Positions 1 through 10,086 of a stretch of DNA of 64,000 bases are shown here, one piece after another. Both the position numbers and the translations under genes were made by a program. The DNA comes from a virus, in the IMG/VR virus record IMGVR_UViG_3300044691_000274, positions 39,538-103,537 of that record. The stretch is one strand, 5' to 3'. The stretch's first letter is position 1, and each line of letters begins with the position of its first letter. A model generated the notes under the pieces. The model was not told where the DNA came from. It did not search any database and saw only the letters and a list, made by a program, of their open reading frames with translations.

Positions 1-2976
1 CAGAACACGACCATCGGCCAGGGCATGAGCTGGGTCGGCAGCCACGTGCTGGGCGTCAATAGCGCTGAGCAAGACGCTCAGAAGAAGCAGGAAGAGGAAG
101 AGCGAGCCAAGCGCGAGGCCGACGACGAGAGCTTCCGCAACAGCCCGTCCGGCATGGCGCGCGGGCGGCAGGCTGAGCGTTCGACGTCGGGGGCCAACGA
201 CAATGGTGGCGGTGGCAACCCGCAAGCCGCCATGTGGGAAGGCGCGCTCAAGGGCCTGGACGATTACGAGACGAAATTGGGCGAGCTGAAGACCCAGCTC
301 GACGCCATCAAGAACCTGCAGGCGCTGCCGGCTGACCAAAGGACAATTTCCAGCGAGCAGCTGCAGATCGAGAAGAACATCGTCGCGGAGAAAATCCGGG
401 CGCTCGACCCAATGAACAAGATGCGGGACAGCTGGCGCGAACAGCTGCAGGCCGCGACCGCTTATACGAAGGTCCAGCAGGAGCAAGCCGCGATCGAGAA
501 GGCGGTTGCCGACGCACGTCGCTCGAACCCGCGTTTCAGCGCCTCGGACGAGACCGAGATGCGCGGCGCGATGAAGGCCACGAACACGGCTGAGCACAAT
601 AAGTCGTTCGCCGAGGACATGACCACGGCCAACCAGCAGCTCGCCGCTGCCGCCGCGATCTCCCAGACGTCTAAGGATCAGCTGCAGATCGACCAGCAGA
701 TCGCCGCCGTCGCCAAGACGAAAGGCTGGACCGACGCGCAGATCGCTCAGTACAAGCAGGTCCTGGAGCTGACCAAGCAGATCGAGGAGCGGACAGCGCA
801 GTTCAAGGCCCTGAACCCGCAGGCTGCCTCGATCCAGAGCTATAACGACCAGCTCATGCTCCTGAAGAAGAACCTCGACGCCGGCAACATGAGCCAGGGC
901 GAGTACAACCGCGAGAAGGCCAAGCTCGACGAGGACACACTCAGCGCGCGCGACCCGATCGGCGCCATCGTCGAGTCGCAGCAGGAAGAGATCGCCCAGC
1001 TGGGCGTCATCGGCCAATACCGCGAAGCCGATCTCAAGACACTGCAGGAGATCACCGCCCTCAAGAAGCAGGGCATCAAGGTCGACGACCAGACGGCTGG
1101 CCAGCTCCAAGGAGGCAATCGCGCGATCCAGGACATCAAGGAGGCTCAGTCCCAGATGCAGGGGCTGGAGGACAGCTTCGGCTCTGGCCTCGGCAACGCG
1201 ATCTCCGGCGCGCTCTCGGGCCAGAAGGGCGCGTTCCAGAAGTTTGCCGCTGACTTCGGCAAGCAACTGTTCGACAGCGCGTGGAAGAACATCTGGAAGC
1301 AGATCGAAGGCCAGATGAGCGGCGGCATGAATGGGATGCTCGGCGGCCTCTTCGGCAAGGCCAAGGACGCGACCAGCTCGCTCGCCGGGGCCGGCGAAAA
1401 GCAGATGGCCGACACTATGTCGACTGCCGCCATGACCGTGCAGGCGGCGAACGTCACCATCAACAGCGCGACCGCAGCGGCCACCGCAGCGACGGGCGGA
1501 GCCACGGCTGAAGGCGCCGCGCCCGACGTGACCGGCAGCACCGGCAACCAGGCGACGGCTCCGAGTGCAGGTATCAGCAAGTTGGTCTCGACTGGCGCAG
1601 GCGCAGCCAACGACAACAGCCCGAGCGGCAGCGCGAGCGGGGGCATAGGCTCGGACGCGCATATCGCCACGATCGCCAAGGCCATCACGTCGGGAGGGGG
1701 TGGCATCGGGTCTGACTTCAAGGCCAGCGGTGGCATGGGTGTCAAAGACCTGATCTCGAAGGCGCAGAGCGCGCTGAAGGGCGCGAGTGGCATTGGTTCG
1801 GACGCAGTAGCGGGCGGTGCTGCGGCTGGCGCTGCGGGCGGCGCTGCGGGCGGCGGGGATGGCCTAGCCGCGTCCATGAAGGCATTGAAGGGCTTCGAGG
1901 GCTTCGCACCCAAGGCGAAGTGGGACGTCAACCATTACCGTGCCGGCTACGGCTCTGACACGACGACCGACCCGAAGACCGGCGCTGTCCGTTCGATCCA
2001 GAAGGGTGACACCGTCTCGCGCGCTGAGGGCGACGCAGACTTGCAGCGTCGCGTCCAGACGGAGTTCATGCCGAAGGTTCGCGGGCAGGTGGGCGGCGAC
2101 AAGTTCGACGGCATGAGCCCAGAGCAGCAGGGCGCCCTGACGTCCATGGGCTACAACTACGGCAAGTTGCCGAAGGACGTGGCCAGGGCGGCGCGCAGTG
2201 GCAGCACGGAAGACGTCGAGAAAGCCATGCGGGCGCACGAGCACGACAACGGTGGGATCAATCTCAAGCGTCGCGACCAGGAAGCCGACCTGTTCGGCGG
2301 CAAACAGCAGATGGATCAGGCCGCCAAGCTCGCTTCCCAGACCAAGGAGCAGGCCAAGGCCATGCAGGACCAGGTGCAGGCGGCCAGCAAGGCTACGCAA
2401 GGGATCGGCAGTCTGAACAGCGGCATCGGCGAAATCGGCACGAAGGCGGCCGGCGCGGTGCCTGACATGAGTTCGTTCTCGGGTTCGATCGAGAAGATGG
2501 TCTCCAGTTTGGCGAGCGGAGCTGGTGGCGGGGGCGGTGGTGGCCTCGGCGGGATCGGCGGCGTGGTCAGCGGGCTGTTCTCGGCGGCGCATACCGGCGG
2601 CGTCGTCGGCTCGATGAACACCGGCATGTTGCGCTCGGTCAACCCGAACGTCTTCAACTTCGCCCCGCGTTTCCACGACGGCATGGGCAGCGACGAGTTC
2701 CCGGCTGTCCTGCAGAAGGGCGAACGGGTGCTGACCCAGAACCAGGACCAGCGCTCGACCGCGCTCATGAGCCGCATGGCAGCTGCGCTTTCCAACAAAT
2801 CGACCCCCGCTGGGTCGGCTCCGGTCACGAACCCGGCATCGGGCGCTCAGGCGCGCGGCGGGCACACAACCGTCAACGTCTACACGCCCAACGCGAGCAG
2901 CTTCCGCAGCTCGCAGTCCCAGATCGCAGCGACGACGCACGCCACCATGCGCCGCGCCAACGCCAAGCATAATTGA
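1..2976 (+). CDS. Tail tape measure protein (5' truncated) with embedded phage-lysozyme-like domain
   Basis: Frame open from base 1; Ala/Gln-rich coiled coil; C-terminal 'HTGGVVG...APRFHDG...DEFPAVLQKGERVL' typical of alphaproteobacterial TMPs; lysozyme-like 'FEGF...GYG...GALTSMGYNYG...RRDQEADLF'. Confidence 0.9.
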   Translation, partial: QNTTIGQGMSWVGSHVLGVNSAEQDAQKKQEEEERAKREADDESFRNSPSGMARGRQAERSTSGANDNGGGGNPQAAMWEGALKGLDDYETKLGELKTQLDAIKNLQALPADQRTISSEQLQIEKNIVAEKIRALDPMNKMRDSWREQLQAATAYTKVQQEQAAIEKAVADARRSNPRFSASDETEMRGAMKATNTAEHNKSFAEDMTTANQQLAAAAAISQTSKDQLQIDQQIAAVAKTKGWTDAQIAQYKQVLELTKQIEERTAQFKALNPQAASIQSYNDQLMLLKKNLDAGNMSQGEYNREKAKLDEDTLSARDPIGAIVESQQEEIAQLGVIGQYREADLKTLQEITALKKQGIKVDDQTAGQLQGGNRAIQDIKEAQSQMQGLEDSFGSGLGNAISGALSGQKGAFQKFAADFGKQLFDSAWKNIWKQIEGQMSGGMNGMLGGLFGKAKDATSSLAGAGEKQMADTMSTAAMTVQAANVTINSATAAATAATGGATAEGAAPDVTGSTGNQATAPSAGISKLVSTGAGAANDNSPSGSASGGIGSDAHIATIAKAITSGGGGIGSDFKASGGMGVKDLISKAQSALKGASGIGSDAVAGGAAAGAAGGAAGGGDGLAASMKALKGFEGFAPKAKWDVNHYRAGYGSDTTTDPKTGAVRSIQKGDTVSRAEGDADLQRRVQTEFMPKVRGQVGGDKFDGMSPEQQGALTSMGYNYGKLPKDVARAARSGSTEDVEKAMRAHEHDNGGINLKRRDQEADLFGGKQQMDQAAKLASQTKEQAKAMQDQVQAASKATQGIGSLNSGIGEIGTKAAGAVPDMSSFSGSIEKMVSSLASGAGGGGGGGLGGIGGVVSGLFSAAHTGGVVGSMNTGMLRSVNPNVFNFAPRFHDGMGSDEFPAVLQKGERVLTQNQDQRSTALMSRMAAALSNKSTPAGSAPVTNPASGAQARGGHTTVNVYTPNASSFRSSQSQIAATTHATMRRANAKHN

Positions 2977-2985
2977 GGAACGACC

Positions 2986-4095
2986 ATGGCTCTCCTTTGG
3001 ATCGACGGGTTTGACGCCTACTCGCCAACAAGCGGCACGGTCATAGAGACGGTGCTGAACCAGCAGGGCTACATCGTGGTGGACCCCAACACGACGGACC
3101 TGCGCGCAAGCAACGTCACGCAGAGCGGCATCGGCTTCAGCCTGGATTTCGTCGGCACCGGCACGTTGACACTGCCGTTCGGCAACTCGCCGGGGGTCAT
3201 CGTCGGGTTCCGGTTCAATTCGCCGGTCGCGCTCGGCACTATCTTCGAGCTGAAATACAACAACCTGCTCGGGGTGTTCACGACGCAGCTGGTTGTTTGG
3301 CTGAACGATCAGAACGGTATTTCGGTCGGGACGCAGGACGGCGACATCCTAGCCTCGACCCCGGTCAACTCGGTCCTGACGAACACCTGGTATTACCTGG
3401 AGCTGCTCTACGTCCCGAGCCCGACCAACGCCGGCACCGTTAAGCTCAGGATCGACGGCGTCGAACTCATCACCATCTCTGCAACAAAGACGGCCTTCGC
3501 CAACATCGCGAGCACGGTGGGCCAGGTCACGTCGAGCCTCGTCAACCAGATCAGCTTCAATTGGGTCGGCGGAGAATTCTCGCCAGGAGCCTTTAACGTT
3601 ATGCCGGCCTTCGGCGGCTCTATCGACGACTTTTACCTGCTCGACACGACGGGCACGTTGTTCAACACGTTCCTGGGGGACGTGGTCGTTCATGCGGTGT
3701 TCCCGGCCTCCGATGCTGGCACGAACACCATGAGCCAGGTGGGCGGCGGCGCGGGGCATTTCACCTCGGTCAAGGAAGTCGCGCCCGATGGCGACAGCAG
3801 CTATGTCTTCGGCAGCACCTCGGGGCTGAAGGAGCTGTACACGGTCTCGACACTGCCCGCCGACATCATCGACGTGCTCGCAGTCAGCGTAGACGTCATG
3901 GCGCGCAAGGCCGCGATCGGCGACGGTTCGTATGAGAGCGCCTTGGTCTACAACACGGTCGAAGTCGACAGCCAGGCGTTCCCAGCCGCGTCCTCGTACA
4001 CGGCGACCCACTTCATTGTCACGACGCCGCCAGGCGGGGGCTCGTGGACGCTCTCACTCGTGCAGAGCGCTAAGATCGGGTTCAAACTGCCGTGA
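2986..4095 (+). CDS. Putative virion/tail protein (beta-rich, concanavalin-like)
   Basis: RBS GAGG; 'LLWIDGFD' N-terminus, 'NTWYYLEL...LRIDG...IDDFYLLD'; located between TMP and DUF2460. Confidence 0.7.
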   Translation: MALLWIDGFDAYSPTSGTVIETVLNQQGYIVVDPNTTDLRASNVTQSGIGFSLDFVGTGTLTLPFGNSPGVIVGFRFNSPVALGTIFELKYNNLLGVFTTQLVVWLNDQNGISVGTQDGDILASTPVNSVLTNTWYYLELLYVPSPTNAGTVKLRIDGVELITISATKTAFANIASTVGQVTSSLVNQISFNWVGGEFSPGAFNVMPAFGGSIDDFYLLDTTGTLFNTFLGDVVVHAVFPASDAGTNTMSQVGGGAGHFTSVKEVAPDGDSSYVFGSTSGLKELYTVSTLPADIIDVLAVSVDVMARKAAIGDGSYESALVYNTVEVDSQAFPAASSYTATHFIVTTPPGGGSWTLSLVQSAKIGFKLP

Positions 4096-5282
4096 GCGTC
4101 ACCTTCCTGATCACGGACACACAGTTCACCCGAGGCAAGCTGGAGGTGGTCGGCGTCCCCACGCCCCCAGACGTGTCGCTGACGCGCGCAGTTTTGCAAG
4201 TAGCTGCAACGGCGCCGGCCAACCCAGCCATCCGGCTCGGTCGGGAGAGCATGCAGGTGATGGGGCAGGTCCCAGCGCCGATCGTCCATTTAGGCCGCGC
4301 GGTGATGCAGGTCCTCTGCACGCACACGCCCAACTATGCGAGAATTCCCGTGATCGTATCAGACGTGTTCCCATACGACATCTCTTACGACTCTGTCGGC
4401 TCGACCCGGTTCGCGACGGACGTCCTCGTCGTGGACTCGGGCGACGATCAGCGGACCCAGCGTTGGGATCAGCCCGTCATGGAATACGACGTCGCCTATG
4501 GCGTCCGTACCATGGAGCAACTGATCGCGCTGGTGGCCTTCTTCCGCTCGATGCGGGGCCGGGCTATCGCGTTCAACTATCAGGACAATGTCGATTACAC
4601 GTCCTCGATCCCGACGCGGTTCGAGTCGCGCGCGGCGCCGCCCATCACGCCCTTCGACCAGGGGTTCGCGGTCGGCGACAGCAACACGATGACGTTCCAG
4701 CTCTACAAGACCTACGCCACGGCGACGCAGACCCAGCCGCGCCCGATCACACGTCCGATCCCCGGCACGACTCGCATCGGGGTGAACGGCGTCGAGGTCA
4801 CCAACTGGACCGTCGACACGAACACCGGCCTCGTCACCTTCAGCTCAGCGTTCTTCAAGCTGTTCACGGACGCGCTGACGACCTCGGTCCTCACCGGCAA
4901 CACCGGGCGGCTTAGCGGCGTGGCCAACGACTTCAACGGTTTCAAGCCGTTCGTCGGCTACCGGGTGACGACCTCGGGCTTCGTCAACGCCCAGAACAAC
5001 GTGCCGCTGACCCAAGTCGCGACCATCGGCGCGGTGGCCGCTAACGGCTCGACGATGGACATCAATTTCCCGGCGAGCTTCGGCGGCGTGGTCGAGATCA
5101 CAGCCAACGCAACGGTGTCGCTCCATCCGGCGCCGCAGTCGGGGTCGTCGCTCACCGCAGGCTTCTGGTTCTATGTGCCAGTCCGCTTCGACACGGACAC
5201 GCTGCCTTTGACTATTGCGGATTACGGTGTCGGCGGCGCGAACAGCGTCAAGCTGATCGAAGTCCGGCCGAACGCATTCTGA
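4092..5282 (+). CDS. DUF2460 family distal tail protein (GTA g12-like) with N-terminal extension and internal insertion
   Basis: 'FPYDISYDSVGSTRFATDV...SGDDQR...W...YDVAYGVR...FF...RGRA..F', 'FQLYKTY', 'AGFWFYVPVRFDTD', 'LIEVR'. Confidence 0.9.
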   Translation: MSVTFLITDTQFTRGKLEVVGVPTPPDVSLTRAVLQVAATAPANPAIRLGRESMQVMGQVPAPIVHLGRAVMQVLCTHTPNYARIPVIVSDVFPYDISYDSVGSTRFATDVLVVDSGDDQRTQRWDQPVMEYDVAYGVRTMEQLIALVAFFRSMRGRAIAFNYQDNVDYTSSIPTRFESRAAPPITPFDQGFAVGDSNTMTFQLYKTYATATQTQPRPITRPIPGTTRIGVNGVEVTNWTVDTNTGLVTFSSAFFKLFTDALTTSVLTGNTGRLSGVANDFNGFKPFVGYRVTTSGFVNAQNNVPLTQVATIGAVAANGSTMDINFPASFGGVVEITANATVSLHPAPQSGSSLTAGFWFYVPVRFDTDTLPLTIADYGVGGANSVKLIEVRPNAF

Positions 5283-5289
5283 GGGCGTC

Positions 5290-6078
5290 ATGAAAAGCAT
5301 CCCTTCACCGCTGTTCACCGAGCTGCGATCTTCGAACCCCCGCATCGCGACGGGTTGGCTCGTCACGCGCAAGGACGGGGCGCAATATGGCTTCACGACG
5401 TCCGACATCGAGTTCGTCTACCAAGGACTCCTGTTCACGCCAGCCAACGGCTTCAACCCGTCCGCGATCGTCTCCAAGGCCGACGCCTCGGTCGACAACC
5501 TGGAGGCCCAGGTGCTCCTGTCCGATGTGATCACCGAGGAGGACCTGCGCGGCGGGGTGTGGAACAACGCTGCGATCAAAGTCTTCTGGATTTGCCCGTT
5601 CCATCCGGAGTGGGGAGTCGTCCCGCTGCGCGGCGGCATCTTCGGCGAGGTGGTCATCAAGGAGGGGGATTTCACCGTCCAGCTCCGCGCGCTGTTCGAG
5701 CAGCTCCAGCTGCCGTTCGGTTATCAGTATTCGCTCCAGTGCCAGGCCCAACTCGGCGACGCGCGGTGCAAGGTGAAAGTAACTGCACCGGTCTGGCAGC
5801 CGAACCACACGTACAGGCTCGGGCTGATCTCGGACGCGGGCATCGGGGACATCGTTCAGCCGACCGTCCCGAACGGCTTCTGGTACGTGGCCGCATACAC
5901 GACCGAGGTGGGCCTCCAGTCAGAGCGCCTGCCGACGCTGCCAGGCCAAGGGCTCTCGGGCAACGACGACCTGGGTCCGAACGACGACACCCAGACCGCT
6001 GTCGGGCCGGCGCAGGACAACTTCACCGAGTTCCATCCGATCTCGCCGGTCATGGACATTTTCGGGATTGAAATCTGA
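5290..6078 (+). CDS. DUF2163 baseplate hub protein, N-terminal part (GTA g13-like)
   Basis: 'WLVTRKDG..YGFT..D', 'VDNLE', 'ITEEDLRGGVWNNA', 'CQAQLGDARCKV'. Confidence 0.88.
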   Translation: MKSIPSPLFTELRSSNPRIATGWLVTRKDGAQYGFTTSDIEFVYQGLLFTPANGFNPSAIVSKADASVDNLEAQVLLSDVITEEDLRGGVWNNAAIKVFWICPFHPEWGVVPLRGGIFGEVVIKEGDFTVQLRALFEQLQLPFGYQYSLQCQAQLGDARCKVKVTAPVWQPNHTYRLGLISDAGIGDIVQPTVPNGFWYVAAYTTEVGLQSERLPTLPGQGLSGNDDLGPNDDTQTAVGPAQDNFTEFHPISPVMDIFGIEI

Positions 6079-6923
6079 TGGGCGGCAAGAGCAGCAACAA
6101 TAGCGGGTACAACGCGCTGCAGGGCGGGAGAGGTGCCATCATCGCCGACCCGACGCCACCGACCGCGACCTCAGTTTCGGGCGCCACGGAGCCCGTGTGG
6201 CCCACGTCGCCCGGCGCGACCATTCCTGATGGCGGCGTCAGCGGACCTCCGGTCATCACGGTGATCATCGAGACGGCGCTGACGAACAGCAATTTCATCA
6301 TCCGAGGGATCGACACGACCCACCTGACCGTGGGCATGCGCGTCTCGTGCGGGGGCCTGTATTATCCGGCAAACACGGTGATCCAGTCGATCGGCACATT
6401 CGGTTCGGGGTCCATCGTCACCAGCAATCCACCAACGTTGCCCACGGAGTTCGTCGGTCCCGTTTTCCTCACGTTCCAGAGCGGCGGGGGCGGCACGGGC
6501 GCGATCATTTGGACCGCGATCCCAGCGCGCCAGAGCCTGCCGGGGACCGTGACGGCCATCCTGAACGAGGCGACCTTCAACCACGACCTCGGCCTCTACC
6601 CGAGCCATTATTTTCAATATGGGACCGTGACCTGGCTCACAGGGGACAACGCCGGCTTCACTTGCGACGTGCGCGACTCGCTCGCCAGCGTGCGGGGGTC
6701 CCAGCCTTACGTCTACATGCTGGAGATCGCCCCGAACCCGATCCAGGTGGGCGACACGTTCACGGCACTCGTCGGCTGCTCGAAGATCAGGAGCAAGTGC
6801 CAGGCGTTCAACAATCTCGACAACCATCGAGCCTTCCCGGACATGCCGACCGAGGAGCGCGCGCTGGCGACGCCGAACATTTCGAACCAGGGCTTCTCGC
6901 CCAACAGCTCAAGCTCGAAGTGA
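6078..6923 (+). CDS. BR0599-like C-terminal part of the DUF2163 hub protein, encoded as a separate ORF
   Basis: 'YFQYGTVTWLTGDNAG', 'IQVGDTF..LVGCSKIRSKCQAFNNLDNHRAFPDMP'; TGATG stop/start overlap with the upstream ORF. Confidence 0.85.
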   Translation: MGGKSSNNSGYNALQGGRGAIIADPTPPTATSVSGATEPVWPTSPGATIPDGGVSGPPVITVIIETALTNSNFIIRGIDTTHLTVGMRVSCGGLYYPANTVIQSIGTFGSGSIVTSNPPTLPTEFVGPVFLTFQSGGGGTGAIIWTAIPARQSLPGTVTAILNEATFNHDLGLYPSHYFQYGTVTWLTGDNAGFTCDVRDSLASVRGSQPYVYMLEIAPNPIQVGDTFTALVGCSKIRSKCQAFNNLDNHRAFPDMPTEERALATPNISNQGFSPNSSSSK

Positions 6924-6927
6924 CGCC

Positions 6928-7392
6928 ATGAAGCCCGAAGAGCTGCCAGTCGCCTACACCGTCAGCCGCCGCGAGATCATCAGGGTCGCGCGCGAGTGGA
7001 TCGGCGCGCCTTATCGCCATCAGGGTCGCGGCAAGCGCGGCATCGATTGCGTTGGCCTGCTCATTGAGGTCGCAGCCGGGGTCGGCCATCCAGTCGTGGC
7101 GCCGCACGCCTATTCGACCATGCCACAGGGCTGGCAGCTGCTGGTGCCGTGTGACGAGCAGCTGTGGAAGCCGGTTCGCCAGGCGCCAATCCCCGGCGAC
7201 CTGGTCGTGTTCTGGGGCTGGCACCCGGCCGAGCCGCAGCACTTCGCCTTCGTCGCGGAGCACGCCGGCCGCATCACGATCATCCATTCGTTCTCGAAGT
7301 TCGCCAAGGTCGTCGAGCAGGGCTGGAACCGGCATTGGACCGGGAAATTCCACTGCCTCTACAACCTGCCAGGCACAGAGGAGATCTACTGA
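6928..7392 (+). CDS. NlpC/P60 family tail-associated peptidase
   Basis: 'AREWIGAPYRHQGR...GIDCVGL', 'PGDLVVF...HFAF...IIHS'. Confidence 0.93.
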   Translation: MKPEELPVAYTVSRREIIRVAREWIGAPYRHQGRGKRGIDCVGLLIEVAAGVGHPVVAPHAYSTMPQGWQLLVPCDEQLWKPVRQAPIPGDLVVFWGWHPAEPQHFAFVAEHAGRITIIHSFSKFAKVVEQGWNRHWTGKFHCLYNLPGTEEIY

Positions 7393-7393
7393 A

Positions 7394-10051
7394 ATGGCCG
7401 CCCTCGCAGTAGAACTCGTCATCGGCCTCGGCGGCATGCTGCTGACGTCGCTGTTCCAGCCGAAGCCCAAACCACAGTATGGTTCCAGGCTCTCAAACAT
7501 CAACGTCCCGCCTGTTTCGGTGGGCAACACGATCCCGCGCGTCTGGGGCACGTTCAAGGTGCCTGGCCAGATGATCTTCGCCTCGCCGCTGATCGAGACG
7601 ATGCACACCCATCACGCGGCCAAGAAGGGCGGCGGCAAGGGCATGGGCGGGGGAGGCAACAGCGCCACGACCTACACGTACACGTATTCGGTCGACATCG
7701 CGGTCGCGGTCTGCGCGGGACCGGTCTACCGCATCAACCGCGTCTGGGCGAACCAGAAGCTGCTCTATATCGACCCGACGGTGGCGGCGCGCGAGCAGAT
7801 CGACTTCGACGCGGCCTACCAGTCGGAGGCGACCCGCCTGATCGACGAAGAGGGCTTGGACGTGGCGCAAGCTGCCGCATCCGCCTACATTTTCGCCTAT
7901 AACAATTTCTACACCTTCGAGGTCACGAACCTGACCGTCGACCTGGCGGCTGTCTACGTCACGACGCACCCGATCGACGACACGCAGGGCATCACCGGGC
8001 AGATGCTCCTTCCGGGGCCGGAAGTGCTGACCATCCTGAACCAGCTGTTCAGCGGCATCAACACGAACAACACTTTCGAGGCCCAGATCAACCGCTTCGA
8101 CGTGATCGAGATTTTCCTCGGGTCCGACCGGCAGGGTCCGAGCGGCTTGCTCGAAGGCTACCTGGGCATCGGCAACGTGCCAGCGTTCCGGAACTGCTGC
8201 TATTTCGTGCTGACCAACCTGCAGCTGATGGACTTCGGCAACACGGTGCCGTCGATGACCGTTGAGGTCCAGACCAGCCCCTCGGGGACGACTAGCCTCG
8301 TCGAGGTGATCACGTCCATGTGCTTCCAGTCAGGGCTGGCCGACGACCAGTTCGACGCTACCTCGAACGTGGACGACACGCCGTTCCAAGGCTTCGCAGT
8401 GCTGGCCAACACCTCAGTCCGTGAGACGGTGAGCGAGCTGCAGAAGGTGTTCCCGATCGACGCGGCCGAGACCGGCTACGGGATCGTCTTCTCGATGGTC
8501 AACAAGCGCGCCTCCCAGATTTTTAATCGACCGGACCTCGGAACGCACCAGGACTCGGAGGCGCTGCCGCCGTCGATGGAAACGACCATCACGTCGGATT
8601 ACGACCTGCCGTATCGGATCAACCTGAAATATCAGGAGGCGGCGCGCAGCTATTCGCCGAATATGCTCTACGCCATGCGGTCGAACACGCCCTCGAAGAC
8701 CGTCGAGGACAACGACGTGACTGTGGCGCTCGATCGCGCGGTGGCGCAGAACGCGGTCTCGAACCTGCTCGCCCATCGCATGTTTGGCCGGCGCTCGTAC
8801 AAGATGTCGTTCCCTCGCCAGTACGTCACGGTGGAGCCGACCGACGTCTTCAAGATGCCGAACAAGGTCAATGCCGCGTTCATGGACCAATATTACGTGA
8901 CGGAGGTTCATGTTGGGGCCAACGGCATCGTCAGTCTGACGGCTGTAGACCACATTTACGTCGATCCGAACCTGAACCCTCTTGACCAGGTGTCGCAAGA
9001 CTTCGACGTTGCTGTCGGAGGCAACACCTCGCTGCCCACGACCTCGCAGACGGTGCCGTTCCTGCTCGACACGCCGCTCCTGACCGACGTCGACACGGAC
9101 GGGCCGGGCTTCTACGTCGTGCTCTCAGGCGCCTTCAACGGCTGGTCTGGGGGCTCGCTCTTCGTCGATGCGGCGGCGCCGACAGTCTCGACCGCCTACG
9201 GCCTGGACATCCTGACGCCAACGGCGGGCTCGGCATGGACGACGATCGCCTCGAACGGCATCAACGTCCCCCAGGGGACCGCACTAGGCACACTCGCGCC
9301 GAATATGGTCTCCTGCTACTGGGATCGAACCAGCGTGCTCCTGGTCCGGATCGCCAACGGCATGGACTTGGTGGCAGCCGCCGAGGACGACATCCTCGTG
9401 CAACCGCTGAACGTGACCATGATCGGCAACGAAGTCGTCCAATATGCCAACGTCGTCGACAGGGGGAACGGCCTCTGGCAGGTCTCGACCTTCTTGCGGG
9501 GACTGAAGGGCACCGAGCGCTGGATCAACAGCCATGTGGCTGGAGAGAGGTTCGTCCGCCTGACCAGCGCCATGAAGCGCGTCAGGACGACCATCGCCGA
9601 CGTGAACCAGAGCGACAACTTTCAGGCCATCAGCAACAGCCAGCCTGCGTCCACGGCCGTTTCGTTCTCCTTCAGCGACACCGGCAATTCCATGCGGCCG
9701 CTCACGGTGGCGGTCGAGCGCAAGTTCCGGAACGTGACTGGGGCGATCGAGGTGGACTGGGTCCCGCGCGTGCGGCAGAACGGCTCGTGGCTCTCCCTGT
9801 CCGACGTCAAGCTCGCGGCGAACGATCTGCCGGAGCAATATCAGGTGGACGTCTGCACGACGGCCGATCCGACCACGGCGGTGGCGACCTATACAATCAC
9901 GCCGACGCCTGGCGCCCTCGCGGGGACGTTCGTTTACACGACAGCTCAGCAAGTGACGGACCTTGGCGCGGCGGCCAACCCCGTTCATCTGGCGATCTAT
10001 CAAATGTCCGCTGTTATTGGTCGTGGCTTCGGACTCGGTGTGAAAGTGTGA
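7394..10051 (+). CDS. Large tail tip/host-specificity protein (Phage-tail_3, GTA g15-like)
   Basis: ATG at 7394 just after the NlpC stop; 'GNTIPRVWG', 'RVWANQKL', 'VPAFRNCCYFV...LMDFGNTVP', 'EVVQY', 'LRGLKGTE', 'WVPRVR'. Confidence 0.9.
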   Translation: MAALAVELVIGLGGMLLTSLFQPKPKPQYGSRLSNINVPPVSVGNTIPRVWGTFKVPGQMIFASPLIETMHTHHAAKKGGGKGMGGGGNSATTYTYTYSVDIAVAVCAGPVYRINRVWANQKLLYIDPTVAAREQIDFDAAYQSEATRLIDEEGLDVAQAAASAYIFAYNNFYTFEVTNLTVDLAAVYVTTHPIDDTQGITGQMLLPGPEVLTILNQLFSGINTNNTFEAQINRFDVIEIFLGSDRQGPSGLLEGYLGIGNVPAFRNCCYFVLTNLQLMDFGNTVPSMTVEVQTSPSGTTSLVEVITSMCFQSGLADDQFDATSNVDDTPFQGFAVLANTSVRETVSELQKVFPIDAAETGYGIVFSMVNKRASQIFNRPDLGTHQDSEALPPSMETTITSDYDLPYRINLKYQEAARSYSPNMLYAMRSNTPSKTVEDNDVTVALDRAVAQNAVSNLLAHRMFGRRSYKMSFPRQYVTVEPTDVFKMPNKVNAAFMDQYYVTEVHVGANGIVSLTAVDHIYVDPNLNPLDQVSQDFDVAVGGNTSLPTTSQTVPFLLDTPLLTDVDTDGPGFYVVLSGAFNGWSGGSLFVDAAAPTVSTAYGLDILTPTAGSAWTTIASNGINVPQGTALGTLAPNMVSCYWDRTSVLLVRIANGMDLVAAAEDDILVQPLNVTMIGNEVVQYANVVDRGNGLWQVSTFLRGLKGTERWINSHVAGERFVRLTSAMKRVRTTIADVNQSDNFQAISNSQPASTAVSFSFSDTGNSMRPLTVAVERKFRNVTGAIEVDWVPRVRQNGSWLSLSDVKLAANDLPEQYQVDVCTTADPTTAVATYTITPTPGALAGTFVYTTAQQVTDLGAAANPVHLAIYQMSAVIGRGFGLGVKV

Positions 10052-10086
10052 TGCAATTAACTGCACGATAGGATAGAGTTCCTGTT

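Noticed and set aside
7052-7393. N-terminal 114 aa of the 999-aa ORF call
   Set aside because: Overlaps NlpC/P60 out of frame with a low-complexity translation; the real start is ATG 7394
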